From a virus (Duplodnaviria > Caudoviricetes), in IMG/VR virus record IMGVR_UViG_3300018495_000012, positions 2,556 through 66,555 of that record: 64,000 nt of DNA, one strand, 5' to 3'. A program made the translations under genes and the position numbers. Positions within the stretch are counted from its first letter, which is position 1, and the number at the start of each line of letters is the position of its first letter. This document shows positions 10,130 to 21,771 of the stretch, one piece after another. A model generated the notes under the pieces. It did no database searches and was not told where the DNA came from. It saw nothing but the letters and a program-made list of their open reading frames with translations.

Positions 10130-13100
10130 GTAATCAAATAGATGAGAGAATAGTCTCGATGCAATTTGACAATCGGAATTTCGAAGCTAATGCTCGTACT
10201 AGCATGAGTACTCTTGACAAGTTAAAAGAGAAACTCAATTTCAAAGCAGCCGCGAAAGGTGTTGATAACCTCGACGCTGCTGTTAAGAAGGTCGATCTAT
10301 CTTCGATAGGCCAATCCGCAGATAAAGTTGGACTAAGATTCTCGGCAATGTATACAGTAGCTGATCAAACCTTCCGCAATATTATAAATTCGGCAGAACG
10401 TACAGCAACAAGGCTTGCATCAGCTTTCACGATAGACCCTGTTAAGACTGGTCTGTCGGAGTATGAGACGAAGATCAATGCCATACAGGTAATTCAGTCT
10501 AATACTCGTGGAAAGAACACGATGGAAGATATCACCTCAGCGTTGGAAGAGTTGAACACGTATGCAGATAAGACGATCTATAACTTTGCGCAAATGACGA
10601 GTAACATCGGTAAATTTGTGGCACAAGGTTTGGATGTATATAAGGCTACAAATGCTGTACAGGGTATGGCGAACTTGGCTGCTGCTTCAGGAGCAAGTGC
10701 CGAAGATATGTCTCGTGCTACCTATCAGATGTCACAGGCGTTGGGCGGTACTATCAGAAAGATAGATTGGAACTCGCTTAGAAATGCTAACATGGCTACT
10801 GTCGATCTAAAGAATACCTTGATGGATTTGGCAAGAGTTAACGGCATAGACATCGATAGTATGATTTCTAGCAAGGGAACGTTCGAGGATACTTTGGAAG
10901 AAGGATGGTTGTCCGGAGAGCTGTTTACCGAAGCCATGAATATTTATTCTGGCGTTTACGACGAAATGGAGCTGAAATCCAAAGGGTTCACCGACGAACA
11001 AGTTAAAAACTTTATGGATTTAGCAGCGAATGCGGCTTCTGCAGCGACCGAAGTTAAGACGTTCACACAGTTGTTTGATGTTCTTAAAGAGACGGCTCAG
11101 TCCGGTTGGACTCAGACATGGGAAGAAATAGTCGGTGACTTTGACAGTGCTAAGAAGACACTTACACAAGTGCAAAATTATTTTAGTGGAATCATCGACG
11201 CGATGTCTGACGCTAGAAACTTCATAGTAAGAAATGCTCTGAACTTTGCCGAGCCTTGGACGAATCTAAAGAAGAAATTAGATGAATCCGGCATTGGAAA
11301 GATTGTCGATAAAGTTGCTGATTATACAGATAAATTGCAATATTTCCAAGATATAATGCACTCCGTATGGATGGGTAACTATAAAAACTCTGATACAGGA
11401 AGATATGGTTTGTTGGACGCCGCTGGGTATGACCACAGAGTTGTTCAAGAGCTCGTAAACATCAGTGATACTCATTATAAAGAACAGGGTTGGAAGTATA
11501 CGCTTACCATCGATGATATCAGATCTGCCCATGAGAAATACGGGGTTGCTTTGGACGAAAATGGTATTGCGATGAAGGAAACAGTCATCGGAACAAAGGA
11601 TCTCACTACAGCGTTAGAACATCTATCTGACGAACAACTGAAAGAGATCGGATTGTCTGATGATGAAATAAAGATTCTAAGAGAATTACAGAGAGAATCC
11701 AAACGAACTGGTAGATCGATTGAGGACATAGGCAATGAAATGTCTAACACAACGGGTAGAATGTTATTGATCGATTCACTTAAGAATGTTTGGTCCGGTC
11801 TCTTGGGCATATTCACAGCAATAGGCGATGCTTGGAAGGAAATCTTTCCTCCATTAGGATTTGTTCAAATTTACAATGCTATAAAAGCAGTTAATAAGTT
11901 CTCAGAAAATTTAAGATTAACCGAGAAAGATACCGGCGAATTAACCGAACGAGGAAAACAATTCTACAGGATTTTCAAAGGTATATTCGCGATAATAGAC
12001 ATAGTAACAACCATTCTTGGCGGTGGATTTAAGATCGCCTTCAAAATGGCAAAAGCTATACTCGGATTGTTTAATCTTGATGTACTCGAAGCAGTCGCGC
12101 TGGTTGGCGATGCTGCTGTTAAATTTAGAGATTGGATAGATTCGATACTCGACTTTAATAAGATTTTCAAGGGTACTATAGAAATCGCTAAGAAGTCGGC
12201 TAAAGCAATCGCTAAATGGTATGAAGGGCTTAAAGAAGCCGACGACATACCAAAATATTTATACGACACTATCATAAAAGGGCTGATGAACGTAGCTTCT
12301 TCTGCTGGAGAATATGCTATGAACATTGGTAAAACGATTGTGTCTAAATTAGAGAAAGTTTTGGGTATTGATATTTCCGGAATATTTGAAAAAATATATT
12401 CTGGAATTGTTAAAGTCCTAGGTAAACTGAAAGGTCTGTTTAATCTCGACTTAAGTGGCGCTAAAAACGGAATATCCAATTGGTTTTCGGGACTTAAAGA
12501 AACAGACAATATACCTAAATACATAATTTCAGGTCTAATTAATGGACTGAAAAACGGTGCTAAAATGGCATGGGATGCTATTATCGATCTTGGCACCGGA
12601 TTGATAGACAAAATTAAGGACGTGTTGGGCATTCACTCACCCTCGACCGTATTCTTTGCTATAGGTGGTTTCATTATAGCTGGTTTGGTCGGTGGACTTC
12701 TCGCTGGTGGAAGTAGCGTTTGGGATACCATCACTGCTATCGGTGAGAAATGTATATCCATAATACAAGGCATGGATATAGGTGCTATATTGGCGTCGGT
12801 ACTTGCCGGTGGTACATTAATTGCTATATTTAAAATCGTAGACGTGTTAGATAAAATAGCCACACCTCTCGAAGGCGTTAACGATATACTTGTCAACTCT
12901 GCGAAAGTCGTAAAGAAATTCGCAGGCGTTCTCGGATCCGTGTCTAATGCGGTTAACGCATTCGCTCTGAAACAAGTAGCTATATCCATAGCTATATTAG
13001 CCGGATCGATCGCGATATTATCATTCTTAAACGTTGGAAAAGTATGGTCATCGTTTGGCGTAATAGCGGCGTTGGCTGGCATAATCGGCGGACTCATGGT

Positions 13101-16100
13101 AGCTATGGCGGCTTTACAAAAGTGGGGCGGAGATGACGCGAATAAGAGCGTTAAATCTTTAGCCGGACTGATGCTGTCATTATCGGCGATCATATTAGTA
13201 ATGGGTATCGTGGTTAAGATGCTTGGCGGCTTGGATGAGGACGAAATCAAGCAAGGATTAGGCGCGGTTTCATTATTTGTATTATACATGATCGGAATGG
13301 TTGCTAGTACAAATCTGACGTCCAATAACTCGGCTATGTTGAGTTTAGGCGATGTTCTTAGATCCGTAGCCAAAGCGTTATTATTTATGACGGTATGCGT
13401 GCTTATACTCGGTAAGATGGATCCAGATGTTCTGAAGCAAGGTATCGCAGGGATATCGGCGTTCACACTCCTAATGATAGGTATGGTCGCTATGACATGG
13501 TTAGCCGGAACCGGAGATATGGAAGCTCTCAGTAAAGTTATCAAATCCATGGGTGTAACAATGTTGCTTATGACGGCATGCGTTCTTATACTCGGTAAGA
13601 TGAATCGAGATGCGCTTATACAGGGCGGTTTAGCGATCGCCGCATTCACTGTTATTATGGCTGGTATGGTATGGATGACTAAGCTGTCAGGCGGTAAAGG
13701 CGCGCTAGAAGGTCTCGGCAAGACTCTTATGGGTATGGGTGTAGCTTTCGCAGCAATGGCCTTATGTGTGTTGATACTCGGTACTATTGATCGAGGAACT
13801 CTTATACAAGGTGGTATAGCGATAGCTGCATTTGCGGTTATTATGGCTGGTATGGTATGGATGACTAAGTTATCCGGAGGAAAAGACGCCTTAGACGGTC
13901 TTTCTAAAACACTTATCGGCATGGCTATTTGTATGGCAGTGATGGCTGGCGTAGTAGCGTTGTTGGGTATGATGAAAATCGACAATCTAATACAAGGTAT
14001 AGCAGCCGTAGGCTTCTTAACCGTATTCATGGCGTTGCTGGTATCTAGTACCAAAGATGCCAAACCGGAAAGCTTTAAAACATTAATCGCGTTAACCGCA
14101 GCAATAGCAGTGATGGCAGTTGCGATAGGCGTATTATCCATCGTTGACTGGCAGAAACTCGCTACCTCGACTGGCGCTATGATATTAATGATGGCTGCTT
14201 TGACTGGAATGTTCGTGCTTATATCAAAGAACGCTAACGGCTCAGATAAAGCTATGAAAACGTTACTCGTGATGACGGGCGTTGTAGCTGTAATAGGCGT
14301 GCTAATGTTATTACTCGGTAAATTACCTTGGAAGAACACCTTAGGCGCAGCTGGAGCTTTATCGGGATTGTTATTAGCTATGACTGGTGTATTATTCATA
14401 TTAAATAAAATAAAATTCGACGGTAAAAACGCTATAACCGGCATAGGCCTACTGACAGCATTATGCGTTCCATTATTCGGATTAGTTTTAGTACTGAAGA
14501 AAATGGGATCTGTAAAAGATGCTATAGCTAATACGGTTTCACTAACGATTTTAGTTGGCGCTATGATCGGTGTCGTTTGGGCTATAAGCAAAATAAAATT
14601 CGACGGTAAAAACGCTATAACCGGCATAGGCCTACTGACAGCATTATGCGTTCCATTATTCGGATTAGTTTTAGTACTGAAGGGTATGAAGGGTGTTGAA
14701 TACGCCATAGAACGCGCTGGTGTTCTTAGCGGATTTGTATTAGCTCTTACAGGCGTATTAGCGATATTGAACACTATGAAGTTCAACCTGAAGAACACTG
14801 CTACTGGAGTTGGCGCGTTAATCATGGTTGCAGCTTCATTGTTTGTGTTGGTAGGAGTGTTGTCGGCGATGAAAGGTGTTAAAAATGCCATACCGAATGC
14901 GCTTGCCCTCAGCGGACTTGTACTAGCTCTCACAGGTGTATTGGCGATATTAAATACCATGAAGTTCGACCTCAAGAATACCGCTACTGGTGTTGCTGGA
15001 TTAGCATTAGTCATGGCATCGTTGTTTATACTTGTCGGTGTTCTCGCATTAATGCAAGGCGTTAAAAATGCCGTACCGAACGCTATAGCGTTAGCAACAT
15101 TAACGGGTGTATTATCGTTGTTGTTAATACCGTTATGTGCTGCCGGTGTTATAATCACAGGAACCGGAGGAGCAGCTCTATTAGGTATCGCAGGATTAGC
15201 GGCTCTTATGGCATCATTGTTGATAGTAGTTGGCGTGTTAGCGCTAATGAATAAAATAGAAAATGCAGAAGCAAATGCTAATCTGTTGACTAGATTAATA
15301 GTCACGTTAACTGCTGTACTGGTCGTATTAGCAATAGTAGGACCGTTAGCATTAGTTGGCGTTGGCGCAATGGCTGCTTTATCAGCTCTGATATTAGCTT
15401 TCGGAGTATTTGCTGTAGCTATTGGAGCGCTGGTTGATAAATTCCCGCAATTGGAAACATTCCTTGATAGTGGAATGGATATTATGATCAAAATGGCTGA
15501 AGGTCTCGGCACAATGATAGGCAAGTTTATTACCGCATTTGCAGGCGAAGTTATGACACTACTCCCTCAGCTTGGAACGTGTCTGTCCATGTTTATGCTC
15601 AATGCCACACCGTTTATAGTCGGTGCTAAGATGGTTGATGGTAAAGTATTAGAAGGTGTTGGTGTATTAGCAGCTTCCGTGATATTACTTGCCGCGGCGG
15701 ACTTAATCGCAGGTATTGTATCTTTTGTACAATGCGGATCATCATTTGCAGACCTCGGAACAGAACTTTCACAGTTTATGATCAACGCAATGCCGTTTAT
15801 ACTCGGCGCTAGTTTGTTGAACGCGACTATGATGAGCGGTGTAAAATCTCTCGCTGAGACGGTATTAATCTTGACTGCGGCAGATGTTATAAACGGACTC
15901 ACAAGTTGGTTAACTGGCGGTAGCTCACTCGCTGACTTCGGCGATCAATTAGCTCCTTTTGGAGCATCTTTAGCAAAGTTCGCTGAAAACGTAAGCGGAT
16001 TGTCTGAGGATAGTCTTACTAAGGCTGGGTTGGCTGCTGATATAGTAAAGACCTTGGCTAGTGCAGCTAAAGAAATACCTAATGAAGGTGGATGGCTGGC

Positions 16101-17922
16101 TAAGATAGTCGGCGATAACTCTATCGATATGTGGGGTGAAAAGTTACCAGTACTTGCTAATGGTATTAACGGATTTATAACAAATCTCGGTACTAACTTC
16201 ACAGATGAACAGGTTAGTATTGCCGACAGAGCAGCGAACATCGTAAAGACTTTAGCTAAAGCGGCTACTGAAATACCTAATTCTGGTGGTTGGCTGGCTA
16301 AGATAGTCGGCGATAATGCTGTTGATACTTGGGGGACAAAGATCCCTAAGTTGGGTGAAGGTTTAGGTAAATTCGTAGGTCAGGTTAAGAATATAACCGA
16401 TGCTACTACAGCGAATAACGCTATAGATATACTGAAGAAACTCGTCACAGTATCTAAAGATATACCCAATTCTGGAGGACTACTGGCGGATTTAATTGGC
16501 GATAATGGTCTCGGCACTTTTGCTGAAGACTTTCCGAAAGTTGGAGCCGGTATCAACGGTTTCGTGACAAAAATCGGAGATGTTACTACTGAAAAGTTAA
16601 TCGTAGCAACAAGCGCTATTGGCGTTATAACATCTTTGATGAATATGGCTACAAATCTCAACGATGGTAAGAGCTTTGGGCAGAAGATGAAAGAATTCCT
16701 AGGTGGATCTAGTGAGCTTGAAGAATTTGCAACGAACTTACCTTTACTCGGAGTCGCTATCAATGGATTTCTTGGTGATAGAGGTATCGGTAACGTGTCT
16801 GAGGAGAAAAGCGCTCTAGTGGAATCAGTCGCTAGTATTCTTTCAACTATATTTAGTTTAATGAGTCGATATGCTAGTAACGGTTTCGACAAAACTTGCG
16901 CGTCGTTCTCTAGTATGCTTGTTTCATTAGGTCAGGATATTAGATACTTCATACAGAACGTATCAGATCTTAATACTGAACAAGCTAAAATCGCAGTGGC
17001 GAACATTGACGAGATAGCTCAAATGTTGGCTGGATTACAGAATTACGATTATACAGGTGCTAACTCGTTCATGGAGCAAATGAAGAACTTCGGTTCGCTT
17101 GCGGGTTCAGCGTTCGCTACCGGTTTATCTGGACCTGATGCGGTAGTTGCTATAAACAACGGAATAACGTCTCTTGTCAATAGCCTCAGTTTGGCACTTA
17201 CCGCGCATGAGATTACAGCACCGTTAATGTTCAGAAACTTCACTCAGCTATGCGTTAACGCGATGGTTTCGAGTGATATGATTGCAGGATTCAATCAGGC
17301 AGGAACGTCCATCGTACAGGGCGTAATACAAGGTATGTACGATCAGCAGGACGAAGCTGAAGCGGCTGCTACAGCTATAGCTAATGCTATAAACGCAGCT
17401 TATGAAGCGGCATTGTTAATCAACTCGCCGTCCAAAGTATTCTACAGATCTACTTTGTCTGTAGGAGAAGGTATCGTCAAATCATTAAACGATTCCGAAG
17501 GAGACGTATCACAGGCTGGAGCAGACATCGCTCAGTCATCGATAGACAGTGCTCGTAAGATTATGAGTAAAGTTGTCGACTACCTTAACAGCGATATCGA
17601 CAGTCAGCTCACGATAACACCGGTTCTTGATTTGTCAGAAGTTCGTTCTGGCGTATCATCAATGAACGGTCTGCTTTCTGGTAGAAGATCATTAACGATA
17701 GATACAAGAAATGTCGGCGTAGTAGCTTCATCAATGTCTCAGCGTCAAAATGGAACTTCTAATAGCGATATCGTATCGTCTATTAAAGCCCTTAGCAAAG
17801 ACTTGGCTAATATGCCTCGTGAAAGCATTAATATTAATGGTATTACTTATGACGATGGAAGTAATATCGCAGAAGCTGTTCAGACTCTTGTTAGAGCAGC
17901 TAGAATAGAAAGGAGAGTGTGA
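10126..17922 (+). CDS. Tape measure protein (~2,598 aa)
   Basis: Very long Ala/Gly/hydrophobic repeat ORF; ATG 10126 follows AAGGAGG; C-terminal SPSKVF motif. Confidence 0.93.
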   Translation: MSNQIDERIVSMQFDNRNFEANARTSMSTLDKLKEKLNFKAAAKGVDNLDAAVKKVDLSSIGQSADKVGLRFSAMYTVADQTFRNIINSAERTATRLASAFTIDPVKTGLSEYETKINAIQVIQSNTRGKNTMEDITSALEELNTYADKTIYNFAQMTSNIGKFVAQGLDVYKATNAVQGMANLAAASGASAEDMSRATYQMSQALGGTIRKIDWNSLRNANMATVDLKNTLMDLARVNGIDIDSMISSKGTFEDTLEEGWLSGELFTEAMNIYSGVYDEMELKSKGFTDEQVKNFMDLAANAASAATEVKTFTQLFDVLKETAQSGWTQTWEEIVGDFDSAKKTLTQVQNYFSGIIDAMSDARNFIVRNALNFAEPWTNLKKKLDESGIGKIVDKVADYTDKLQYFQDIMHSVWMGNYKNSDTGRYGLLDAAGYDHRVVQELVNISDTHYKEQGWKYTLTIDDIRSAHEKYGVALDENGIAMKETVIGTKDLTTALEHLSDEQLKEIGLSDDEIKILRELQRESKRTGRSIEDIGNEMSNTTGRMLLIDSLKNVWSGLLGIFTAIGDAWKEIFPPLGFVQIYNAIKAVNKFSENLRLTEKDTGELTERGKQFYRIFKGIFAIIDIVTTILGGGFKIAFKMAKAILGLFNLDVLEAVALVGDAAVKFRDWIDSILDFNKIFKGTIEIAKKSAKAIAKWYEGLKEADDIPKYLYDTIIKGLMNVASSAGEYAMNIGKTIVSKLEKVLGIDISGIFEKIYSGIVKVLGKLKGLFNLDLSGAKNGISNWFSGLKETDNIPKYIISGLINGLKNGAKMAWDAIIDLGTGLIDKIKDVLGIHSPSTVFFAIGGFIIAGLVGGLLAGGSSVWDTITAIGEKCISIIQGMDIGAILASVLAGGTLIAIFKIVDVLDKIATPLEGVNDILVNSAKVVKKFAGVLGSVSNAVNAFALKQVAISIAILAGSIAILSFLNVGKVWSSFGVIAALAGIIGGLMVAMAALQKWGGDDANKSVKSLAGLMLSLSAIILVMGIVVKMLGGLDEDEIKQGLGAVSLFVLYMIGMVASTNLTSNNSAMLSLGDVLRSVAKALLFMTVCVLILGKMDPDVLKQGIAGISAFTLLMIGMVAMTWLAGTGDMEALSKVIKSMGVTMLLMTACVLILGKMNRDALIQGGLAIAAFTVIMAGMVWMTKLSGGKGALEGLGKTLMGMGVAFAAMALCVLILGTIDRGTLIQGGIAIAAFAVIMAGMVWMTKLSGGKDALDGLSKTLIGMAICMAVMAGVVALLGMMKIDNLIQGIAAVGFLTVFMALLVSSTKDAKPESFKTLIALTAAIAVMAVAIGVLSIVDWQKLATSTGAMILMMAALTGMFVLISKNANGSDKAMKTLLVMTGVVAVIGVLMLLLGKLPWKNTLGAAGALSGLLLAMTGVLFILNKIKFDGKNAITGIGLLTALCVPLFGLVLVLKKMGSVKDAIANTVSLTILVGAMIGVVWAISKIKFDGKNAITGIGLLTALCVPLFGLVLVLKGMKGVEYAIERAGVLSGFVLALTGVLAILNTMKFNLKNTATGVGALIMVAASLFVLVGVLSAMKGVKNAIPNALALSGLVLALTGVLAILNTMKFDLKNTATGVAGLALVMASLFILVGVLALMQGVKNAVPNAIALATLTGVLSLLLIPLCAAGVIITGTGGAALLGIAGLAALMASLLIVVGVLALMNKIENAEANANLLTRLIVTLTAVLVVLAIVGPLALVGVGAMAALSALILAFGVFAVAIGALVDKFPQLETFLDSGMDIMIKMAEGLGTMIGKFITAFAGEVMTLLPQLGTCLSMFMLNATPFIVGAKMVDGKVLEGVGVLAASVILLAAADLIAGIVSFVQCGSSFADLGTELSQFMINAMPFILGASLLNATMMSGVKSLAETVLILTAADVINGLTSWLTGGSSLADFGDQLAPFGASLAKFAENVSGLSEDSLTKAGLAADIVKTLASAAKEIPNEGGWLAKIVGDNSIDMWGEKLPVLANGINGFITNLGTNFTDEQVSIADRAANIVKTLAKAATEIPNSGGWLAKIVGDNAVDTWGTKIPKLGEGLGKFVGQVKNITDATTANNAIDILKKLVTVSKDIPNSGGLLADLIGDNGLGTFAEDFPKVGAGINGFVTKIGDVTTEKLIVATSAIGVITSLMNMATNLNDGKSFGQKMKEFLGGSSELEEFATNLPLLGVAINGFLGDRGIGNVSEEKSALVESVASILSTIFSLMSRYASNGFDKTCASFSSMLVSLGQDIRYFIQNVSDLNTEQAKIAVANIDEIAQMLAGLQNYDYTGANSFMEQMKNFGSLAGSAFATGLSGPDAVVAINNGITSLVNSLSLALTAHEITAPLMFRNFTQLCVNAMVSSDMIAGFNQAGTSIVQGVIQGMYDQQDEAEAAATAIANAINAAYEAALLINSPSKVFYRSTLSVGEGIVKSLNDSEGDVSQAGADIAQSSIDSARKIMSKVVDYLNSDIDSQLTITPVLDLSEVRSGVSSMNGLLSGRRSLTIDTRNVGVVASSMSQRQNGTSNSDIVSSIKALSKDLANMPRESININGITYDDGSNIAEAVQTLVRAARIERRV
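14407..14682 (+). repeat. Perfect 93-bp direct repeat in tape measure gene (14407-14499 and 14590-14682)
   Basis: AAAATAAAATTCGACGG...GTACTGAAG identical in both copies, period 183 bp (61 aa). Confidence 0.9.
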
Positions 17923-17924
17923 GT

Positions 17925-20663
17925 ATGGCATCAGTTACGTATACAGTAAAACGTGGAGACTCTTTATGGGCGATTAGTGCTAGTAGTGAACATGGTCCTA
18001 AAATTTCAGGTAATGATATTTGGGCTAAAATCAATACTCTTAGATCGCTTAATGGAATCCCCGCGAATTCTAGTTTGATACACCCCAATCAAGTACTTAT
18101 ACTCTCAAACAGTGGTGGAGGGGCTTCGGCCTCTTCCTCTACCACTAATGATGGTATACCGAACGACCGAGTCGTCATCGACATATTATCACTGAAAGCC
18201 GATAGTACTACCGGTAGAGACGTGTATGCTCACTGGTCATGGAAGTACTACAACAAACGAGATGATCGTAGCAGCACCGGTTTGGCTACTAAAGGCTATA
18301 AAATTCGTTGGGAGTACGATACCGTTATAGATGGTAAAACCGTTACCCAATATGCGTTAAACGAAACCTCAACCCCAGGTGATACGTTTGCCGAATTCAC
18401 AATACCCGACGCTGCAAGACAGTATAACAACTGGGTTCAAGTGTTCATTGTGCCTATTTCGGAAACTTATACCGAAGGCGAGGGCGAAAACGCCACCGAA
18501 AGATCATGTATCGATGGTACGTTATATGAAGCGGGCAAACAGTATCACTTTAAAGATAATCCGCCGTTTACTCCTGACAAACCTACGTGCGAGATAGAGA
18601 ACACTACCCTTACAATGAAAATAGACGAGATTAAGAAAGAAATAGACGCATCTAGCATCATCTTTCAAGTCGTAAAGGACAATACGTCAGCTATTTATAC
18701 CTCTCCCGCTATACCGGTAGTAGCTGTTACAGATGACTACGGTAAAGTGTCACATCAGTATACAGTACCGTTAGGTTCAAATTATAAAGTTCGTGCTAAA
18801 GCGGTAGCTGCTAATGGTAAGCAAAGCGCTTGGTCTGATTTCTCTGATGAAGCTGAAACAAAACCTTCCGTACCGTCTATCAAAGATAACTATAGACGAA
18901 ACAAGTATAAAGATGGAGACGAGTATAAATACTCAGCGTATCTCGAGTGGACTCCTGTTCCGAATGCTTCGAAGTATAAAGTAGAATATACAACAGTTAG
19001 AAGCAATTTCGATAACTCAACTGGAAATGTCACTATATCCGAAACTGAGGACGCTACAACTTCTATAACGATTCTCGGCATTGAACCCGGATCTGATTAT
19101 TTCTTTAGAGTTAGAGCTATAAGTAAATCCAACTTGCAATCCGATCCTAGTGAACCTGTGATGATTCCGATAGGCGAACCTCCAGCAGCACCTCCTACGT
19201 GGTCAACATCTGATTCGGCGTTCGAAGGCGATTTGATGGAGCTGAACTGGACACATAACAGTAATGATGGATCTGCTCAGACTTTAGCTGAACTTAGTTT
19301 GAAAATAGGAGACGACGATTGGGTTTCGCACATATATGAAAACACTACTGATAGTGCGTATGCGGGACCAGATGTTGATAACGGATGGCAATACGGTCAA
19401 GGTATATCATACAAAGGTAATTTATACTTCAAAATGGATACAACGTTGCCTGTTTTCAAGAATAAGAAGATTCAGTGGAAAGTTAGAACTGCCGGTGTAA
19501 CAGATGAATTTAGCGAATCAGCATGGTCTATAGAAAGACCTATTTATATTTACGAGAAGCCGATGTTCGAGATGTCTATGACGAAAGACGAATCAGGGTT
19601 AACGGGTATGATCACAACGTTGGATTCATTTCCGTTCTATGTAAAAGGTAGAGCTGTATTTGAGTCTCAGGATTATACAATTCAAAAGCCTGTTGGTTAT
19701 CACGTACGTATAGTCTCAAATGAATTCTATACAACTGTTGATGACACCGCGATGACGAAAACGATTAACGCGGGCGACGCTGTGTATGATCGCTATCTAG
19801 ATACATCTGATTCTCTTAATCTTGAGCTTCTAGCTAACGATGTTGATTTAGAATCGGGAATGAATTATACGTTATACTGTACTATCGATTTTAATACCGG
19901 TCTGACGTTAACCGCTGAACATGAATTCTATGTCAGCTGGACCGATTCGGTATCGTACAATATTGCGGTGGATATAACGGTTGATAAAGATACATACGTA
20001 GCTCGAATCAACCCGTATTGCGTAGATAATGAAACTGGTGCGTTTGTAGATAACGTTACTTTATCTGTATATAGAAGAGAATACAATGGCTCTTATACAA
20101 CTATCGCTACTGGTATTCCTAATACGAATACGTCCGTAACGGATCCTCATCCCGCATTGGACTATGCTCGTTATCGAATCGTAGCGAAAGACTCTGTGAC
20201 AGGAGCTATCAGTTTCTATGACGCTCCGGGGCACCCTATCAAATGTCCGTCTATAATCATTCAGTGGGATGAAGAATGGACTACGTTCGATGTGTCTGAC
20301 ATTCACTCTGTAGATGGCCCTCAGTGGTCTGGTTCGTTCTTAGAACTTAAATACAACGTGGATGTTACGGATAGTAGAAACAGAGAGGTATCTATGATTC
20401 AGTATGTTGGCAGAGAAAACCCTGTGACTTACTACGGAACATATGTTACTGAAAAACCTTCTTGGAATACGACGATTCCTAAAGAAGATAAAGAGACCAT
20501 TTACGCATTGCGTAGACTGTCTATGTGGACTGGAGACGTTTACATAAGAGAACCTTCTGGAATGGGTTATTGGGCAAACGTTCAAGTGAACTTCAACCAG
20601 AAACATAAAGATGTTACGATTCCAGTTACGTTAAACATTACAAAAGTAGAAGGAGGGGTATAA
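17925..20663 (+). CDS. Distal tail / baseplate protein with N-terminal LysM and FN3-like domains
   Basis: YTVKRGDSLWAIS...IHPNQVLIL LysM; LEWTPV..YKVEY..YFFRVRA FN3 pattern; follows tape measure. Confidence 0.7.
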   Translation: MASVTYTVKRGDSLWAISASSEHGPKISGNDIWAKINTLRSLNGIPANSSLIHPNQVLILSNSGGGASASSSTTNDGIPNDRVVIDILSLKADSTTGRDVYAHWSWKYYNKRDDRSSTGLATKGYKIRWEYDTVIDGKTVTQYALNETSTPGDTFAEFTIPDAARQYNNWVQVFIVPISETYTEGEGENATERSCIDGTLYEAGKQYHFKDNPPFTPDKPTCEIENTTLTMKIDEIKKEIDASSIIFQVVKDNTSAIYTSPAIPVVAVTDDYGKVSHQYTVPLGSNYKVRAKAVAANGKQSAWSDFSDEAETKPSVPSIKDNYRRNKYKDGDEYKYSAYLEWTPVPNASKYKVEYTTVRSNFDNSTGNVTISETEDATTSITILGIEPGSDYFFRVRAISKSNLQSDPSEPVMIPIGEPPAAPPTWSTSDSAFEGDLMELNWTHNSNDGSAQTLAELSLKIGDDDWVSHIYENTTDSAYAGPDVDNGWQYGQGISYKGNLYFKMDTTLPVFKNKKIQWKVRTAGVTDEFSESAWSIERPIYIYEKPMFEMSMTKDESGLTGMITTLDSFPFYVKGRAVFESQDYTIQKPVGYHVRIVSNEFYTTVDDTAMTKTINAGDAVYDRYLDTSDSLNLELLANDVDLESGMNYTLYCTIDFNTGLTLTAEHEFYVSWTDSVSYNIAVDITVDKDTYVARINPYCVDNETGAFVDNVTLSVYRREYNGSYTTIATGIPNTNTSVTDPHPALDYARYRIVAKDSVTGAISFYDAPGHPIKCPSIIIQWDEEWTTFDVSDIHSVDGPQWSGSFLELKYNVDVTDSRNREVSMIQYVGRENPVTYYGTYVTEKPSWNTTIPKEDKETIYALRRLSMWTGDVYIREPSGMGYWANVQVNFNQKHKDVTIPVTLNITKVEGGV

Positions 20664-20664
20664 T

Positions 20665-21765
20665 ATGCCCGATTGGACAAAACCTATGCAGCAAACATTC
20701 GAATATTATACCGTTGATCCGAATACTTTAGCGGACGTAAAACGTCTTACAAACATTAAAGGCGCAGATTTCACGTATGATTTGGGAGCTGGCACATTAG
20801 GATCCGCACGATTGGATGCTACAGATACCATGAACGAATCATACGTGCGTGCGTATCTTAAAACAATTCAAAATGGAATTACAGAAAAGCACGCTTTGGG
20901 GACAGTACTTGTTCAAGCTCCGTCGATGGCATACGATGGCATGACATTCAATACGTCCATGGACTGTTACACACCGTTGATAGAGTTGAAAGAAAAAAGA
21001 CCGCCTTTAGGGTATACGATACGAAAAGGAACACGTATTATGGACGCTGCTTACGATATCGTTAGCAGGAATACCAGAGTACCTGTAACAAAAGTGGAGC
21101 CTACACTGATTAAGGACGATTCTGGAAACGTTATCGAGGACTTATCTCCGATATTACAACAGAACTTCGTTGCTAATGCCGATGAGACATGGCTTGATTT
21201 CGTTATAGCGTTAATCGATAATGCTAATTACGAGTTAGGTTTATCAGCGACAGGTCATGTTCTTTTTACGCCTAAGCAAAACTTAGAATCGATGCAACCG
21301 GTATGGACATATAACGACGACGATGAGTCTATATTATATTCCGATATAACTATGAACCATCATATCTACGATATTCCTAATGTCGTGGAAGTAATGTATT
21401 CATACGGCAACGATTACAAATATGCGATAGTAAAAAACGAAGATCCGAACAGTCCGGTATCGATAGTTAATAGAGGTCGAGAGATTCCTTATCGCGATAC
21501 AAATGCAAGTTTATTTGGATATGCGACGCAGAGTCAAGTAGAAGAATATGCGAAGCAGCTGTTGAAATCACTATCGACTATAAAGTATACATTGGCGTAT
21601 ACACACGCATATTGTCCCGTGCGAGTAGGGGATTGTGTGCGAATGAATTATACCCGAGCCGGTATAAAAAATGTAAAGGCTAGAGTCATTAGCCAAACCA
21701 TAGAATGTGAACCGGGCTGCCCGGTATCAGAAGTAGCAGAATTTACAACTAAATTATGGGGGTGA
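20665..21765 (+). CDS. Tail hub / Tal-like minor tail protein
   Basis: 366 aa; PVRVGDCVR at C-terminus; position in tail tip module. Confidence 0.6.
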   Translation: MPDWTKPMQQTFEYYTVDPNTLADVKRLTNIKGADFTYDLGAGTLGSARLDATDTMNESYVRAYLKTIQNGITEKHALGTVLVQAPSMAYDGMTFNTSMDCYTPLIELKEKRPPLGYTIRKGTRIMDAAYDIVSRNTRVPVTKVEPTLIKDDSGNVIEDLSPILQQNFVANADETWLDFVIALIDNANYELGLSATGHVLFTPKQNLESMQPVWTYNDDDESILYSDITMNHHIYDIPNVVEVMYSYGNDYKYAIVKNEDPNSPVSIVNRGREIPYRDTNASLFGYATQSQVEEYAKQLLKSLSTIKYTLAYTHAYCPVRVGDCVRMNYTRAGIKNVKARVISQTIECEPGCPVSEVAEFTTKLWG

Positions 21766-21771
21766 TATGTA

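Noticed and set aside
11964-15524. Long minus-strand ORFs (963 aa and 222 aa) opposite the tape measure gene
   Set aside because: Antisense shadows of a repetitive Ala/Ile/Leu/Gly-rich frame; no RBS or recognisable motif, and they mirror the sense repeats
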